DNA from: Macrostomum lignano
Taxonomy: Eukaryota
NCBI GenBank assembly: GCA_002269645.1
Contig: NIVC01001897.1
Span: forward strand, 211,873-275,872
Length of the DNA: 64,000 nt
Direction: 5' to 3'
The translations under genes and the position numbers were made by a program. Shown here piece after piece: positions 18,118-32,049 of the stretch (positions within the stretch are counted from its first letter, which is position 1; each line of letters starts with the position of its first letter). The notes under the pieces were generated by a model. The model did not search any database. It had not been told where the DNA came from and saw only the letters and a list, made by a program, of their open reading frames with translations.

Positions 18118-19623
18118 ATGACCGAGGCCGTTCAATCCCGCATCTGCTCCATGGGCACCTGCAAAGCAGCGGCTGCTGGCACCGGAGCTCAGACATCGCA
18201 GCCTCTGTGCCAGAGACACCTGGATCGAGACTCCGACAGAGTGCGTGAACTTCACGCCAGAGTTCAGGCCAGGCTGGAGCCTCTGAGGCTCGTCCGCGAC
18301 TGTCTGCGAACGGACGTGCAGGTGTTGGAGGCGGAGCTGCAGGTGGCTGAGGATCTGCTCAATGCCGCTATTGAGTCGCTGATGAAGCACAAGGAAGCTG
18401 TGACGAGTCGACTCACTGCCAGAACTGACGCAGCAAGGCAGAAGCTGAGCGACTTTGCAGTGCTGCAGGAGTTCGACAGCTCGATAGCAGCGGCGGAGAG
18501 CGCCAGCGACCTTCGAGGCGTATTTGAGCTGTCCTCTCGCATGGAGCTGCAGTGCAGTGATCTCGAGGACGCGGTGGCTGAAGGACGATTAGAGCTGGGC
18601 GACGTTTGCGGAGCTCTGAGAGACCTGCAGCTGAGCATCGACAGGCAGTTCGGGGACGTGATGAAGCTGTGCGAGTCCTCTTGCGTCAAACCAAAATCTC
18701 TTTGCACTTTTGTACGCAAAATTGACAACCTCGAAGGCAATCCGGTATGGGTGACGTCATGCACCAACACCGCTGGCTTCGCCTCCGACTCATCTGGTCG
18801 CGTGGTGAAGGCTGATTCCCGCAGCTCAAGCACCGCGCCGCTGCCTAGACTGTGCATATTTGTGTCGGCTGAATTTCCAAAAGCAGATCACTTGTTTGTG
18901 TTCTCACCTGATGGTAAAACTAGGTTGAAGTGTTTCAGCAAAATCGATTGGTCAATGTTTGTTAGCGGACTTTACTGCCACTGCAACCAGCAACTGCTGT
19001 ACGTTGCGCAGCAGCGTATGATCTCTGTGACAGACCTGAGCGGTTGTGTTGTACGAGTGATCGACCAAGACAGTTTGGGGCATCCTTTAGGCTACTTGTG
19101 TGGCCCATGCGGAACTGGAGACAAAGTTTACTTCCTGGATCAGCAAAACAGAAGAATCTACGGATTGGACAGCAAGCGTGGCGAGCTGCAGACTGTCATC
19201 GGCCTTGAGTCATTCTATGAAACACGTCGCAGGGTCCTGGAAAGCCTAGCCGTACAAGATACCACAATATTGCTAACAGATTTTGGCAAAGGCCAGGTGC
19301 ACAAGATTGGCACTATCAGTGGATACCTCAGGTCGTCTTATCCGACCGCCAGGTCCGGTGTGCGAGCCTTCAACTACCCTTCAGACGTGGCTGTTGCGCA
19401 GAACTGTGGCCTCACTCTCGTCTGCGATTACAAGGAGGCCGCTGTCAGAGTTCTGGCCAGTGACGGGGCGATTCTGCAGACCCTCGACGGTGAGGGAGAA
19501 TCCGGCCCTGGCCTGGCAGGTCCGCACAGTATGTCTGTGCTGCCCAGTGACACAGAAGAAGGGCTGCTGCTTTGTGTGGCAGATCGCAATGATAGAAGTC
19601 TGCACTTGTACACTATTCTGTGA
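18118..19623 (+). CDS. Intronless coiled-coil plus NHL/beta-propeller protein (TRIM-NHL-like, degenerate B-box-like Cys/His N-terminus), 501 aa
   Basis: ATG-to-TGA open frame with an N-terminal C..C...C..H cluster, a heptad-rich helical region, and NHL-like motifs FNYPSDVAV and LAGPHSMSV. Confidence 0.8.
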   Translation: MTEAVQSRICSMGTCKAAAAGTGAQTSQPLCQRHLDRDSDRVRELHARVQARLEPLRLVRDCLRTDVQVLEAELQVAEDLLNAAIESLMKHKEAVTSRLTARTDAARQKLSDFAVLQEFDSSIAAAESASDLRGVFELSSRMELQCSDLEDAVAEGRLELGDVCGALRDLQLSIDRQFGDVMKLCESSCVKPKSLCTFVRKIDNLEGNPVWVTSCTNTAGFASDSSGRVVKADSRSSSTAPLPRLCIFVSAEFPKADHLFVFSPDGKTRLKCFSKIDWSMFVSGLYCHCNQQLLYVAQQRMISVTDLSGCVVRVIDQDSLGHPLGYLCGPCGTGDKVYFLDQQNRRIYGLDSKRGELQTVIGLESFYETRRRVLESLAVQDTTILLTDFGKGQVHKIGTISGYLRSSYPTARSGVRAFNYPSDVAVAQNCGLTLVCDYKEAAVRVLASDGAILQTLDGEGESGPGLAGPHSMSVLPSDTEEGLLLCVADRNDRSLHLYTIL

Positions 19624-19898
19624 CTACTTACTGCGTAATTTTCTATGCTAAGTCTCAGATAGCTCGTAGCTTTACGAGTATTGCATGAACAACGCAACGT
19701 AGCGCTTTATACATAAACAATTCTGCTCTAACGTGCTGAAAATTGGCAAAATCTGAGTTTTACTATGACTGCTGATCTTAAAACAAAAATTAAGCCTCTA
19801 AAAAACTGGTAATATTTAATTATTTCTACAATATGTTTCATTTTTCATCGGATAAAAACTTCAATAAAGAAATTTATGTATCCTCCTATACTAAATTC

Positions 19899-21157
<1,259 letters not shown>

Positions 21158-21569
21158 GGAATTTCACTCCACAGGTTGAATTTTCTCGCGTTTTCTGCAA
21201 AAAACATTCAGTTATGCATATCGTTTCCGTTAACTTGTTGAAATGTAGTAGATGAGTTAGCACATACTATTACTCGTATATCAAAACTTGAACTATTTTT
21301 TATCAATAAATTTGATAAAATTTGCAAATCATAGTTTATTACTCAATAGTATGTGTACAGGGGAATTAAGTGAATTAGAAAATTAATTTGTCTACAAGCT
21401 TACTTTCAGTACAGTAAAACAAAATTGCGTTATTACTTGTAAAAGCGTGACAAAAACGTTTTTATAGGAAATCTGAAGAAAAAATAAATTCATTTCTCTG
21501 AGAAATTTCTGAGAAACTCATCGTTAAACAAAAAGTTTAAATTGAAAACTCACACTTGTAAACGGGGGG

Positions 21570-22930
21570 GGCAGGGAGGGAATAGCTGCACCCACTGAAG
21601 GATCAGGGAGGGGATAGCTGCACAGACCCACTGAAGAATCAGGGAGGGGGTAGCGGTGACCCACTGAAGAATCAGGGAGGGGGTAGCGGTGACCACTGAA
21701 GAATCAGGGAGGGGGTAGCGGTGACCCACTGAAGGATCAGGGAGTGAATAGCGGTGACCACTGAAGAATCAGGGAGGGGATAGCTGTGACCACTGAAGGA
21801 TCAGGGAGGGCAGCGGTGACCACTGAAGGATCAGGGAGTGAATAGCGGTGACCACTAAAGAATCAGGGAGGGAATAGCTGCACTCACTGAAGAATCAGGG
21901 AGGGGCAGCGGTGACCACTAAAGAATCAGGGAGGGAATAGCTGCACCCACTGAAGAATCAGGGAGGGGCAGCGGTGACCACTAAAGAATCAGGGAGGGAA
22001 TAGCTGCACCCACTGAAGAATCAGGGAGGGGGTAGCGGTGACCACTGAAGAATCAGGGAGGGGGTAGCGGTGACCCACTGAAGGATCAGGAAGGGGTAGC
22101 GGTGACCACTGAAGAATCAGGGAGGGGTAGCGGTGACCCATTGAAGAATCAGGGAGGGGATAGCGGTCACCACTGAAGAATCAGGGAGGGGATAGCGGTC
22201 ACCACTGAAGAATCAGGGAGGGGATAGCGGTCACCACTGAAGAATCAGGGAGGGATAGCGGTCACCACTGAAGAATCAGGGAGGGGATAGCGGTCACCAC
22301 TGAAGAATCAGGGAGGGGATAGCGGTCACCACTGAAGAATCAGGGAGGGGATAGCGGTCACCACTGAAGAATCAGGGAGGGGATAGCGGTCACCACTGAA
22401 GAATCAGGGAGGGGATAGCGGTGACCCATTGAAGAATCAGGGAGGGGATAGCGGTGACCCATAGAAGAATCAGGGAGGGGATAGCGGTGACCCACTGAAG
22501 GATCAGGGAGGGAATAGCGGTGACCACTGAAGAAATCAGGGAGGGGATAGCGGTGACCACTGAAGAAATCAGGGAGGGGATAGCGGTGACCCATTGAAGA
22601 ATCAGGGAGGGGATAGCGGTGACCCACTGAAGGATCAGGGAGGGAATAGCGGTGACCCACTGAAGAATCAGGGAGGGGTAGCGGTGACCCATTGAAGGAT
22701 CAGGGAGTGAATAGCGGTGACCACTGAAGGATCAGGGAGGGGCAGCGGGGACCACTGAAGGATCAGGGAGGGGTAGCGGTGACCACTGAAGAAATCAGGG
22801 AGGGAATAGCTGCATCCACTGAAGGATCAGGGAGGGGTAGCGGTGACCACTGAAGAAATCAGGGAGGGAATAGCTGCACCCACTGAAGGATCAGGGAGGG
22901 GTAGCGGTGACCACTGAAGAATCAGAGGGG
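21570..22930 (+). repeat. 31-33-bp minisatellite (accactgaagaatcagggaggggatagcggtg)
   Basis: cactgaag recurs about every 32 bp. Confidence 0.95.
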
Positions 22931-23018
22931 TTACTTGAAGCAACTATAGCACACAACGTGTCTAATTGATCAATTACTAAAAATGAGCTCAGCACGTCAC
23001 TGCAGGAGTCCATCGGTC

Positions 23019-25065
23019 TCAGCAGTCGCTCCCCAGCTGCTGACTGGCCAACAAATCGTCCAGGCATCGAGCTTTGCCCACCTCCGGCAGCCAGCAGGTG
23101 ACCTTCTCCACAGCGTAGGCGTGCCGCTCCGCAGACCAACCAGACGATGGACGGTTCTGCATCACCTGAGTGAGGCTGCGGGCCAGGAACTGCTCCAAGC
23201 AGGGCAGCGGCTCCTTGTTAGATCCAGCAGCTGGAGCTCTAGCTCGACGTTTCTGATTACGCTGATGCAATCTTGCAGGCTGCACGACTGTCGGGATGGT
23301 GGCCAGGGATCGGGTCCTGGTGATTGTCGAACTGCCTGCTGCTGTTGTCTTTGAGGTTGTCGTTTTTCGCGCTGTCAGGATGGAGCTTCCGATGGGTGCA
23401 GGATGCTGGTGGCCCAGAAGCCAGCGTTGCAGACTGTAGGTTCGAATCGGCTGCTGTTGCTGTTGCTGCTGCTGGTGCTGTTTCGGTGCACTTATTGAAT
23501 GCTGATAGTTGACTGCTCTTGGATGTCTGGAAAGTTTTTTTAAAGAAAAAAATTATTCCAAATTGCTGTTTTAGTTTTAGCCTGAATTTTTATCGGAATG
23601 TCAATCTCTATGTCACTCATTTGTCACTCTTAACTGTCACCCTCAATTGTCACTGTCATTGTCACTCTCATTTGTCATTCCCATTTGTCACTCTTTATTG
23701 TCACTCCCGTTTATCATTCTCATTGTCTCTCTCAGTTGTCACTCGGTTTGTCACTCTTAATCGGCACTCTCATTGTCACTCTTAATTGTCACTCATTTGT
23801 CACTTTCAATTGTCAATCTCATTTGTCGCTCTCAATTGTCAATCTCATTTGTCACTCTCAATTGTCAATCTCATTTGTCACTCTTTATTGTCAATCCCGT
23901 TTGTCTCTCTCAATTGTCATTCTCATTTGTCACTCTCATTTGTCACTCTCAATTGTCAATCTCATTTGTCACTCTTTATTGTCAATCCCGTTTGTCTCTC
24001 TCAATTGTCATTCTCATTTGTCACTCTCATTTGTCACTCTCAATTGTCACTCTCATTGTCACTCAATTTTCACTCTCATTTGTCATTCTCATTTGTCAAT
24101 CACATTTTTCACTCTCATTTGTCACTCTCAATTGTCACTCTCATTGTCACTCAATTTTCACTCTCATTTGTCACTCTCATCTGTCAATCTCATTTTTCAC
24201 TCTTATTTGTCACTCTCAATTGTCAATCTCATTTGTCACTCTTTATTGTCAATCCCGTTTGTCTCTCTCAATTGTCATTCTCATTTGTCACTCTCATTTG
24301 TCACTCTCAATTGTCACTCTCATTGTCACTCAATTTTCACTCTCATTTGTCACTCTCATCTGTCAATCTCATTTTTCACTCTCATTTGTCACTCTCATTT
24401 GTCACTCTCATTTATCACTCTCAATTGTCACTCTCATTTGTCACTCTCATTTGTCACTCAATTGTCAATCTCAATTGTCACACAATAGTCATTCTTAAAG
24501 TCAAATCAATGTTAATTCACGTCTTAATTTTAGTCGCAAAAAGAAACAGCTCATTTTTAGCATAGGCGGATATTTCAATCTCTATTCAGCCGATCTGTTC
24601 CCATCAGCTCACCCAGCAGTCTCAGTCTGCAGGCGTCGTTTCCCTATCGCCGGAGTGACAAAATCTTTCCTACTTAACTGCGACTTGGACAGCCGTGACA
24701 GTTCAAGATCCACAGCAGCTGTTGCCATTGCTGTTGTTTTCTTCTTTTGCACAAGAAGACTCTTCGTAAACAAGAACCGTTAGCTATCTATAGCCCTGTC
24801 TGGCTGTCTGGCAATTCTGCACAAAATTTATAGACACTGTAAGTGGTTGGACAGCTAGTTTTAGCACTTAATTCTGTTTGGCTCTTGCATGAGCACTCTT
24901 TGGAGGGGGGAGAGAGATGGAGAAGAGACCACCCGGTGAGAATTGAACACGAGGTGCTGGCGTGCATGGCGCCTGAGAATTGCTGCCGATGAGTTGAAAA
25001 TCCTGAACTTCTTCAAGTTCATTTCTAGCTGTTTGTGCGCTTCATTGAAATTGGAAAATAATGAG
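23019..25065 (-). CDS. 3' exons of an unidentified gene (25065-24933, 24761-24613, 23526-23019)
   Basis: Three GT-AG-bounded segments join in frame (phase 0, then 2): SLFSNFNEAHKQLEMNLKKF... | SLLVQKKK...LQTETAG | HPRAVNYQH...QQQQ...LGSDC*. No family was recognised. Confidence 0.5.
23600..24490 (+). repeat. 13-bp-based minisatellite (ctcatttgtcact) with longer-period variants
   Basis: Direct reading. Confidence 0.9.
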
Positions 25066-25309
25066 CTGGAAATTTTGACAAATAGAATTATTTAGATTGG
25101 ATGACTGACAGGTACGGTTTGTGTGCAAGCCGTGTGCCGGCGGCTGTTTCCTCTCGCTCTCCAGTCTGGCTATGCGCAATTTTCTTCTTGCTATGGTCCT
25201 TCTAATCTCACACCTGCTTGTAGCCTTGCCGTGTCCCTGTCACACCTTGCCTTTGTCTAATAGGTTATGCAGATAGCTCTGTTCCTGCCTGGATTGCTTC
25301 ACCCCCTCC

Positions 25310-26140
25310 ACTCCTATCTCCTCTCATTCTCTCTGTCCTCTCTCCTCTCTCCTCTCTCTTCTCTCCTCTCTCTTCTCCTCTCCTCTCTCCTCTCTCCTCT
25401 CCTCTCCTCTCTCTCCTCTCTCCTCTCTCCTCTCCTATTTCCTCTTCTCTTCTCTCTCCTCTCCTATTTCCTCTTCTCTCCTATCCTCTCCTCTCTTCTC
25501 TCCTCTCTTCTCCTCTCCTCTCTTCTCATCTCCTCTTCTCTCTCCTCTCCTCTCTTCTCTCTTCTCTCTCCTCTCCTCTCTCCTCTCTCCTCTCTCCTAT
25601 TTCCTCTCCTCTCCTCTCTCCTCTCCTCTCTTCTCTCCTCGCTTCTCCCCTCTCCTCTCTTCTCTCCTCTTCTCCTCTCCTCCCTTCTCTCCTCTTCTCC
25701 TCTCCTCTTTTCTCATCTCCTCTTCTCTCTACTCTCCTCTCTTCTCTCTTATCTTCTCTCTTCTCTCTCTCCTCTTCTCTCTTCTCTCTTCTCTCTCCTC
25801 TCCTCTCTCCTCTCTCCTCTCTCCTATTTCCTCTCCTCTCCTCTCTCCTCTCCTCTCTTCTCTCCTCGCTTCTCCCCTCTCCTCTCTTCTCTCCTCTTCT
25901 CCTCTCCTCCCTTCTCTCCTCTTCTCCTCTCCTCTTTTCTCATCTCCTCTTCTCTCTACTCTCCTCTCTTCTCTCTTATCTTCTCTATTCTCTCTCCTCT
26001 CTCTTCCACTCTCCTCTTTCCTCTCTCCTCTCCTCTCTCCTCTCCTCCTTCCTTTCATTTTTCTCTCCTATCTTCTCTCCCTTCTCTCCTGTCTCCTATC
26101 TCTTCTCTCCTCTCTTCTCTTTCCTGTCTTCTCTCTATTC
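25310..26140 (+). repeat. Polypyrimidine (CT-rich) low-complexity tract
   Basis: Almost exclusively C/T for about 830 bp. Confidence 0.95.
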
Positions 26141-26714
26141 TTAGCCGCATATTCTCTCGAACGCCAGTCAAATAGCTTCTCCCATGCAGTTTTTATCCTT
26201 ACGTAGCCGGCTATTTCCGTTAATTCCTCTATTTTATTGTAATATTTTCGTCTATTTTAGTCAGCCCATTGTCTCAAAAAAGGAATAGAAAAATAGTCGG
26301 CTTTTTTTCCTAATCTGCCTTCTCCTCCTACTATAGCTGACTGCATGGAGTATAGTCTCACCAGCCTTAGCGGTAGGCGGGCCACTCCAGCTCTTCAACC
26401 TGCCTGAGCGGTTGGCTTCAATTGGGTGTGCAGCCCCTACCCCCTACCGTAGACTCTTTTGAGAGCTGCTGGAGGAGCATTGATGAAGCCGATAAATGAG
26501 CCAAGGCGCGTGGGCGCTGTGGGGAAGGGAGGAGGCGCTTTTGCCTGCCAGGGCCTGCGCTGAGCACTGCCATCTGTTTGCTTTCGCGCTGTTGCTATGG
26601 GTGGAGGATTCAATAGTATGGTAAATCATTAGCTAGTTTTTGTTTGTATTACCGATTGAGTTGCTGCTTTGAGTTGAGAGATGCAGTCAGTTTTATGGCT
26701 TTTCCGTTCCAATA

Positions 26715-27335
26715 GATTCCCAAATGCCAAACTTCCCAAATCCCAAGCTTCCCAAATCCCAAACTTCCCGAATCCCAAACTTCCCAAATCCCAAACTTCC
26801 CAAATCCACAAAGTCCCAAATCCATAAACTTCCCGAATCCCAAACTTCCCAAAACCCAAACTTCCCAAATCCACAAAGTCCCAAATCCATAAACTTCCCG
26901 AATCCTAAACTTACCAAATCCCAAACTTCCCAAATCCACAAAGTCCCAAATCCATAAACTTCCCGAATCCTAAACTTACCAAATCCATAAAATTCCCAAG
27001 TCTTAAAATTTCCAAATCCCAAACTTTTCGAATCCCAAACTTCCCCAATCCCAAACTTCCCGAATCCACAAAGTCCCAAATCCATAAACTTCCCGAATCC
27101 TAAACTTCCCAAATCCCAAACTTCCCAAGTCCCAAAATTCCCAAATCCCAAGCTTCCCAAGTCCCAAACTTCCCAAATCCATAAAATTTCCAAATCCCAA
27201 ACTTCCCAAGCTTCCCAAACTTCCCAAACTTTCCAAATCCCAAGCTTCCCAAACTTCCCAAATCCCAAACTTCCCAAATCCTAAACTTCCCGAATCCCAA
27301 ACTTTCAGAATCCAAATGTTGCCCCAAATCCCAAA
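26715..27335 (+). repeat. ~16-bp minisatellite (cccaaatcccaaactt)
   Basis: Direct reading. Confidence 0.9.
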
Positions 27336-27904
27336 CTCTAAAAATAATTGAAATGTACCTACTATTTCTAATCTTAATACTATTTCTAGAAATGACGGAA
27401 AGTTACAGAGTACAAACGCTGTATGGTATTTTTACTCGCAAGTTGTACTGTGAGCTTCTAAAATAGTGATTTAAGCCGTCATATACTACTATCAAAAATA
27501 AAAGTAGCAAAATTAACAGGCTATAGAGTTTTAATTAAAAAAACAGATTAATAAACAGCATATTCATGTAAAATAATTCTGAAATACTCGTAACTGTCAA
27601 ATCAGGCTTTTTTCATAAAGCATTATACGAGGCGTTGACTACATCATTAATTTAAAGTCTCTAACTATGCATTTTTCTTTTAGCTTATTTCTAAACTCAA
27701 TTTTTGAAATTATTTTTCTATGAAGAACTTTAAAGGCGTTCGAAAAAAAATTCGCGCTTCAGTTCGGCAGTTTTCGTTTGTGCTTACTATTAGTAGTGCC
27801 TGTCACTAGCTATGACTATAACCTAGCTTTAGCCTACAATCAGGTGTTCTTTGGTGTTTGACGATCCATTAATTCCTAACTCTAGCTTAAAAAGTCTATG
27901 AGAA

Positions 27905-29360
27905 CTGGAGAGGTAGATAGTGGAGAGAAAGAGAGAGGTAGATAGTGGAAAGAAGGAGAGAGGTAGACGATTAAGGGAGAGATAGAGAAAGAAGGAGAGA
28001 AAGAGAGCGGAAGAGAAAGAGAGAGAAAAGCAGAGAGGTAGAGAGAGGAGGTGAGAGGTGGAGAGATGAAAGGAGAGGTAGAGAAAGGAGGGGAGAGTTA
28101 GAGACAGGAGGGGAGAGTTAGAGACAGGAGGGGAGAGGTAGAGACAGGAGGGGAGAGGTAGAGACAGGAGGGGAGAGGTAGAGACAGGAGGGGAGAGGTA
28201 GAGGCAGGAGGGGAGAGGTAGAGACAGGAGGGAGAGGTAGAGGCAGGAGGGGAGAGGTAGAGACAGGAGGGGAGAGGTAGAGACAGGAGGGGAGAGGTAG
28301 AGACAGGAGGGGAGAGGTAGAGACAGGAGGGGAGAGGTAGAGGCAGGAGGGGAGAGGTAGAGACAGGAGGGGAGAGGTAGAGACAGGAGGGGAGAGGTAG
28401 AGGCAGGAGGGGAGAGGTAGAGACAGGAGGGGAGAGGTAGAGACAGGAGGGAGAGGTAGAGACAGGAGGGGAGAGGTAGAGACAGGAGGGGAGAGGTAGA
28501 GACAGGAGGGGAGAGGTAGAGACAGGAGGGGAGAGGTAGAGACAGGAGGGGAGAGGTAGAGACAGGAGGGGAGAGGTAGAGGCAGGAGGGAGAGGTAGAG
28601 ACAGGAGGGGAGAGGTAGAGACAGGAGGGGAGAGGTAGAGACAGGAGGGGAGAGGTAGAGACAGGAGGGGAGAGGTAGAGACAGGAGGGGAGAGGTAGAG
28701 ACAGGAGGGAGAGGTAGAGACAGGAGGGGAGAGGTAGAGACAGGAGGGGAGAGGTAGAGACAGGAGGGAGAGGTAGAGACAGGAGGGGAGAGTTAGAGAC
28801 AGGAGGGGAGAGGTAGAGACAGGAGGGGAGAGGTAGAGACAGGAGGGGAGAGGTAGAGACAGGAGGGGAGAGGTAGAGACAGGAGGGGAGAGGTAGAGGC
28901 AGGAGGGGAGAGGTAGAGACAGGAGGGGAGAGGTAGAGGCAGGAGGGGAGAGGTAGAGACAGGAGGGGAGAGGTAGAGACAGGAGGGGAGAGGTAGAGGC
29001 AGGAGGGGAGAGGTAGAGACAGGAGGGGAGAGGTAGAGACAGGAGGGGAGAGGTAGAGACAGGAGGGGAGAGGTAGAGACAGGAGGGGAGAGGTAGAGAC
29101 AGGAGGGGAGAGGTAGAGACAGGAGGGGAGAGGTAGAGACAGGAGGGGAGAGGTAGAGACAGGAGGGGAGAGGTAGAGACAGGAGGGGAGAGGTAGAGGC
29201 AGGAGGGGAGAGGTAGAGACAGGAGGGGAGAGGTAGAGACAGGAGGGGAGAGGTAGAGACAGGAGGGGAGAGGTAGAGACAGGAGGGGAGAGGTAGAGAC
29301 AGGAGGGGAGAGGTAGAGACAGGAGGGGAGAGGTAGAGACAGGAGGGGAGAGGTAGAGAG
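27905..29360 (+). repeat. 20-bp polypurine minisatellite (gaggtagagacaggagggga)
   Basis: Period 20, highly homogeneous from about 28130. Confidence 0.95.
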
Positions 29361-30244
29361 AGATTAACAGGTGAGACTGACCATACTGCACTCTTCACCC
29401 TACAATTAGGAGTTTATGTTTTTTGGCACAAAGATTTCTCGACTCCTTAATTCCTACTATAGCTAAAAAAATCCACGGAGCAGCATTTTGCAGAGAATAA
29501 TTGCGGCAACCCGGGCGACTTCATTTAAACAAAAGCTCTCCCGCATTATTTGCCCAGCCAATATCTCGCCTTGCTTGGCTCAGCTCAGGGCGATATCGAT
29601 TGCGCAAGCCTGCGAACTGGCGGCCTCCTTTGATGTGATCGATTCTAAACACCCTCTCTGCTTCTACACAACACTTCTCACACATATATATATTATAGTT
29701 ATGCTCAATGCATTGCTAATGGGAGAAAAAGAGTAAGGGGAGAAAGTGAGTAGGAGATGGGATTCTTATTCTCATTCCTGTACTCTCACTCGTCTCTCTC
29801 TGGCTTTCTCTTGAGCACGCCAATTTGAAGGGGCTCAGGCCTCACTTTCACACTTCTATCGGCCGCCTCGCTTGCCAAGCCAAGCCCGGTTTTTGGCACT
29901 CTGAAGACTCAAGTGCTCAACAACGAGGGGCTGGTTTAGGGGGGTTGAGGTTGGGGGTGGTTTTAGGATTTTTGAGTCCTCTCCTAGTTCCCCACCTTTA
30001 ATAATGCCGTTCCCACACTTCCGTTGGCTAGTTGGCTCTCTCTCTCTCTCTCTTTAAGAAACCTCTCTTTGCAGGGCGGCCGCCCGCCTCTCTGCCACCA
30101 ACTGGGGGGGGGGGGGGTTTCACGGTCTTGTTTCTATTTTAACCGTCTGCCTTAGTTTCACCTACTTGCTCATTGAAAGATTGAAAGTTGTCTTCACGCC
30201 TGCCCAGTTTTCATTGCTTTGAATGTTTAAAAATATAATAGATG

Positions 30245-31053
30245 GGAAGGAGGAGACAGAAGGGGAGAGGTAGAGAGAGTAGGGGAGAGGTAGAGAGAGA
30301 AGGGGATAGGTAGATAGAGAAGAAGAGAGGTATAGAGAGAAGGGGAGAGGTAAAGGGAGAAGGGGATAGGTAGAGAGAGAAAGGGAGAGGTAGAAAGAGA
30401 AAGAGAGAGGTAGAGAGAGAAGAGGAGAGGTAGAGAGAGAGAAGAGGAGAGGTAGAGAGAGAAGAGGAGAGGTAGAGAGAGAAGAGGAGAGGTAGAGATA
30501 GAAGGGATAGGTAGAGAGAGAAGAGGAGAGGTAGAGAGAGAAGGGGAGAGGTAGAGGGAGAAGGGGATAGGTAGAGAGAGAAGAGGAGAGGTAGAGAGAG
30601 AAGAGGAGAGGTAGAGAGAGAAGATGAGAGGTAGAGAGAGAAGAGGAGAGGTAGAGAGAGAAGAGGAGAGGTAGAGAGAGAAGATGAGAGGTAGAGAGAG
30701 AAGATGAGAGGCAGAGAGAGAAGATGAGAGGTAGAGAGAGAAGATGAGAGGTAGAGAGAGAAGATGAGAGGTAGAGAGAGAAGATGAGAGGTAGAGAGAG
30801 AAAGGGAGAGGTAGAAAGAGAAAGGGAGAGGTAGAGAGAGAAGAGGAGAGGTAGAGAGAGAAGAGGAGAGGTAGAGAGAGAAGAGGAGAGGTAGAGAGAG
30901 AAGAGGAGAGGTAGAGAGAGAAGATGAGAGGTAGAGAGAGAAGATGAGAGGCAGAGAGAGAAGATGAGAGGTAGAGAGAGAAGATGAGAGGTAGAGAGAG
31001 AAGGGGAGAGGTAGAGAGAAGATGAGAGGTAGAGAGAGAAGGGGAGAGGTAGA
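30245..31053 (+). repeat. 20-bp polypurine minisatellite (gaggtagagagagaagatga)
   Basis: Period 20; interrupted at its right end by the mariner insertion. Confidence 0.95.
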
Positions 31054-31055
31054 TA

Positions 31056-32049
31056 CGAGGGGTGTCCAAAAAATAGTGATACTTTTAACCGTAGCTCTCG
31101 TTCTGTAGCTTCCTGTGATTTAAAATTTTATGAACTGATAGCGGAAAATCTCTTCTACAGACTGCTTTTTGAATTTTTAAAATTGATCCCAGAGAACAAA
31201 AGTTATACCCACAAAAGTAACAGTACCTGTACCATAGAGTTACACAAATTATAGGCTGAGCTTCACGAGATCCATGCCGAGTAAGCTTCGATGAATTGTT
31301 GATTTCGGCTTGTCCAACCTGTCAGCGATCTCTCTAATGGTCATTCGGGAGTCCTCGTCAAGAAGATTCAGAATGGAGTCCGCCAGTACATCAGGTCGAT
31401 GAACGTATGGCCGCCCCGTCCAATGCTGATCTGCCAAGTCAATCCTTCCCTCGCTGAACTGCTCCATCCATCGATAAACTGTCATTTTGCTGACCGCAGA
31501 GGATCCGTGCGCAGAGCAAAGTTTTGCGTGAATTTCTGAGGCACCATGGCCAGCGCCCCAAAGAGTGAAGATAGTACTTTGCTGAGCAACAACTGAGTGC
31601 ACATTCATGTGTGTTGTCGAGTATGGGCAATGAAATCATGAACGAATCGCAAAATGCAAGCGATCCTCTGTTTTCAAGTAAAGTAATGCATTTAATGCTT
31701 TATTTTTCTGCGCCTGATCCCGTCCATAGATAAATTTCAGTCAGTCACAGTGAGCAACATTTTGCAATTGGGGTTTGGTATTGCTAAAGCAAGACATTTA
31801 TCGATGCCTTCTTAATGAATGAGTGCAGAAGTCAACTACTATAAATTTCGATGTAATTTGTGTAACTCTATGGTACAGGTACTGTTACTTTCGTGGGTAT
31901 AACTTTTGTTCTCTAGTATCAATTTTAAAAATTCAAAAAGCAGTCTGTAGAAGAGATTTTCCGCTATCAGTTCATAAAATTTTAAATCACAGGAAGCTAC
32001 AGAACGAGAGCTACGGTTAAAAGTATCACTATTTTTTGGACACCCCTCG
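31056..32049 (-). mobile_element. Internally deleted mariner element, 994 bp, 196-bp TIRs, TA target duplication
   Basis: TA (31054-55) CGAGGGGTGTCC...GGACACCCCTCG TA (32050-51). 31056-31251 is the reverse complement of 31854-32049 with 3 mismatches by my reading. Confidence 0.95.
31249..31608 (-). pseudogene. Truncated mariner transposase, N-terminal HTH domains only, 119 aa
   Basis: SEIHAKL..AHG..AVS..TVYRW...F..GR..L.D....GRP and TIREIA..L....STIH motifs; the DD34D catalytic domain is absent. Confidence 0.9.

Noticed and set aside
27829-29398. 520-aa and 201-aa Leu/Ser/Pro ORFs
   Set aside because: Artefact of the purine-rich 20-bp array.
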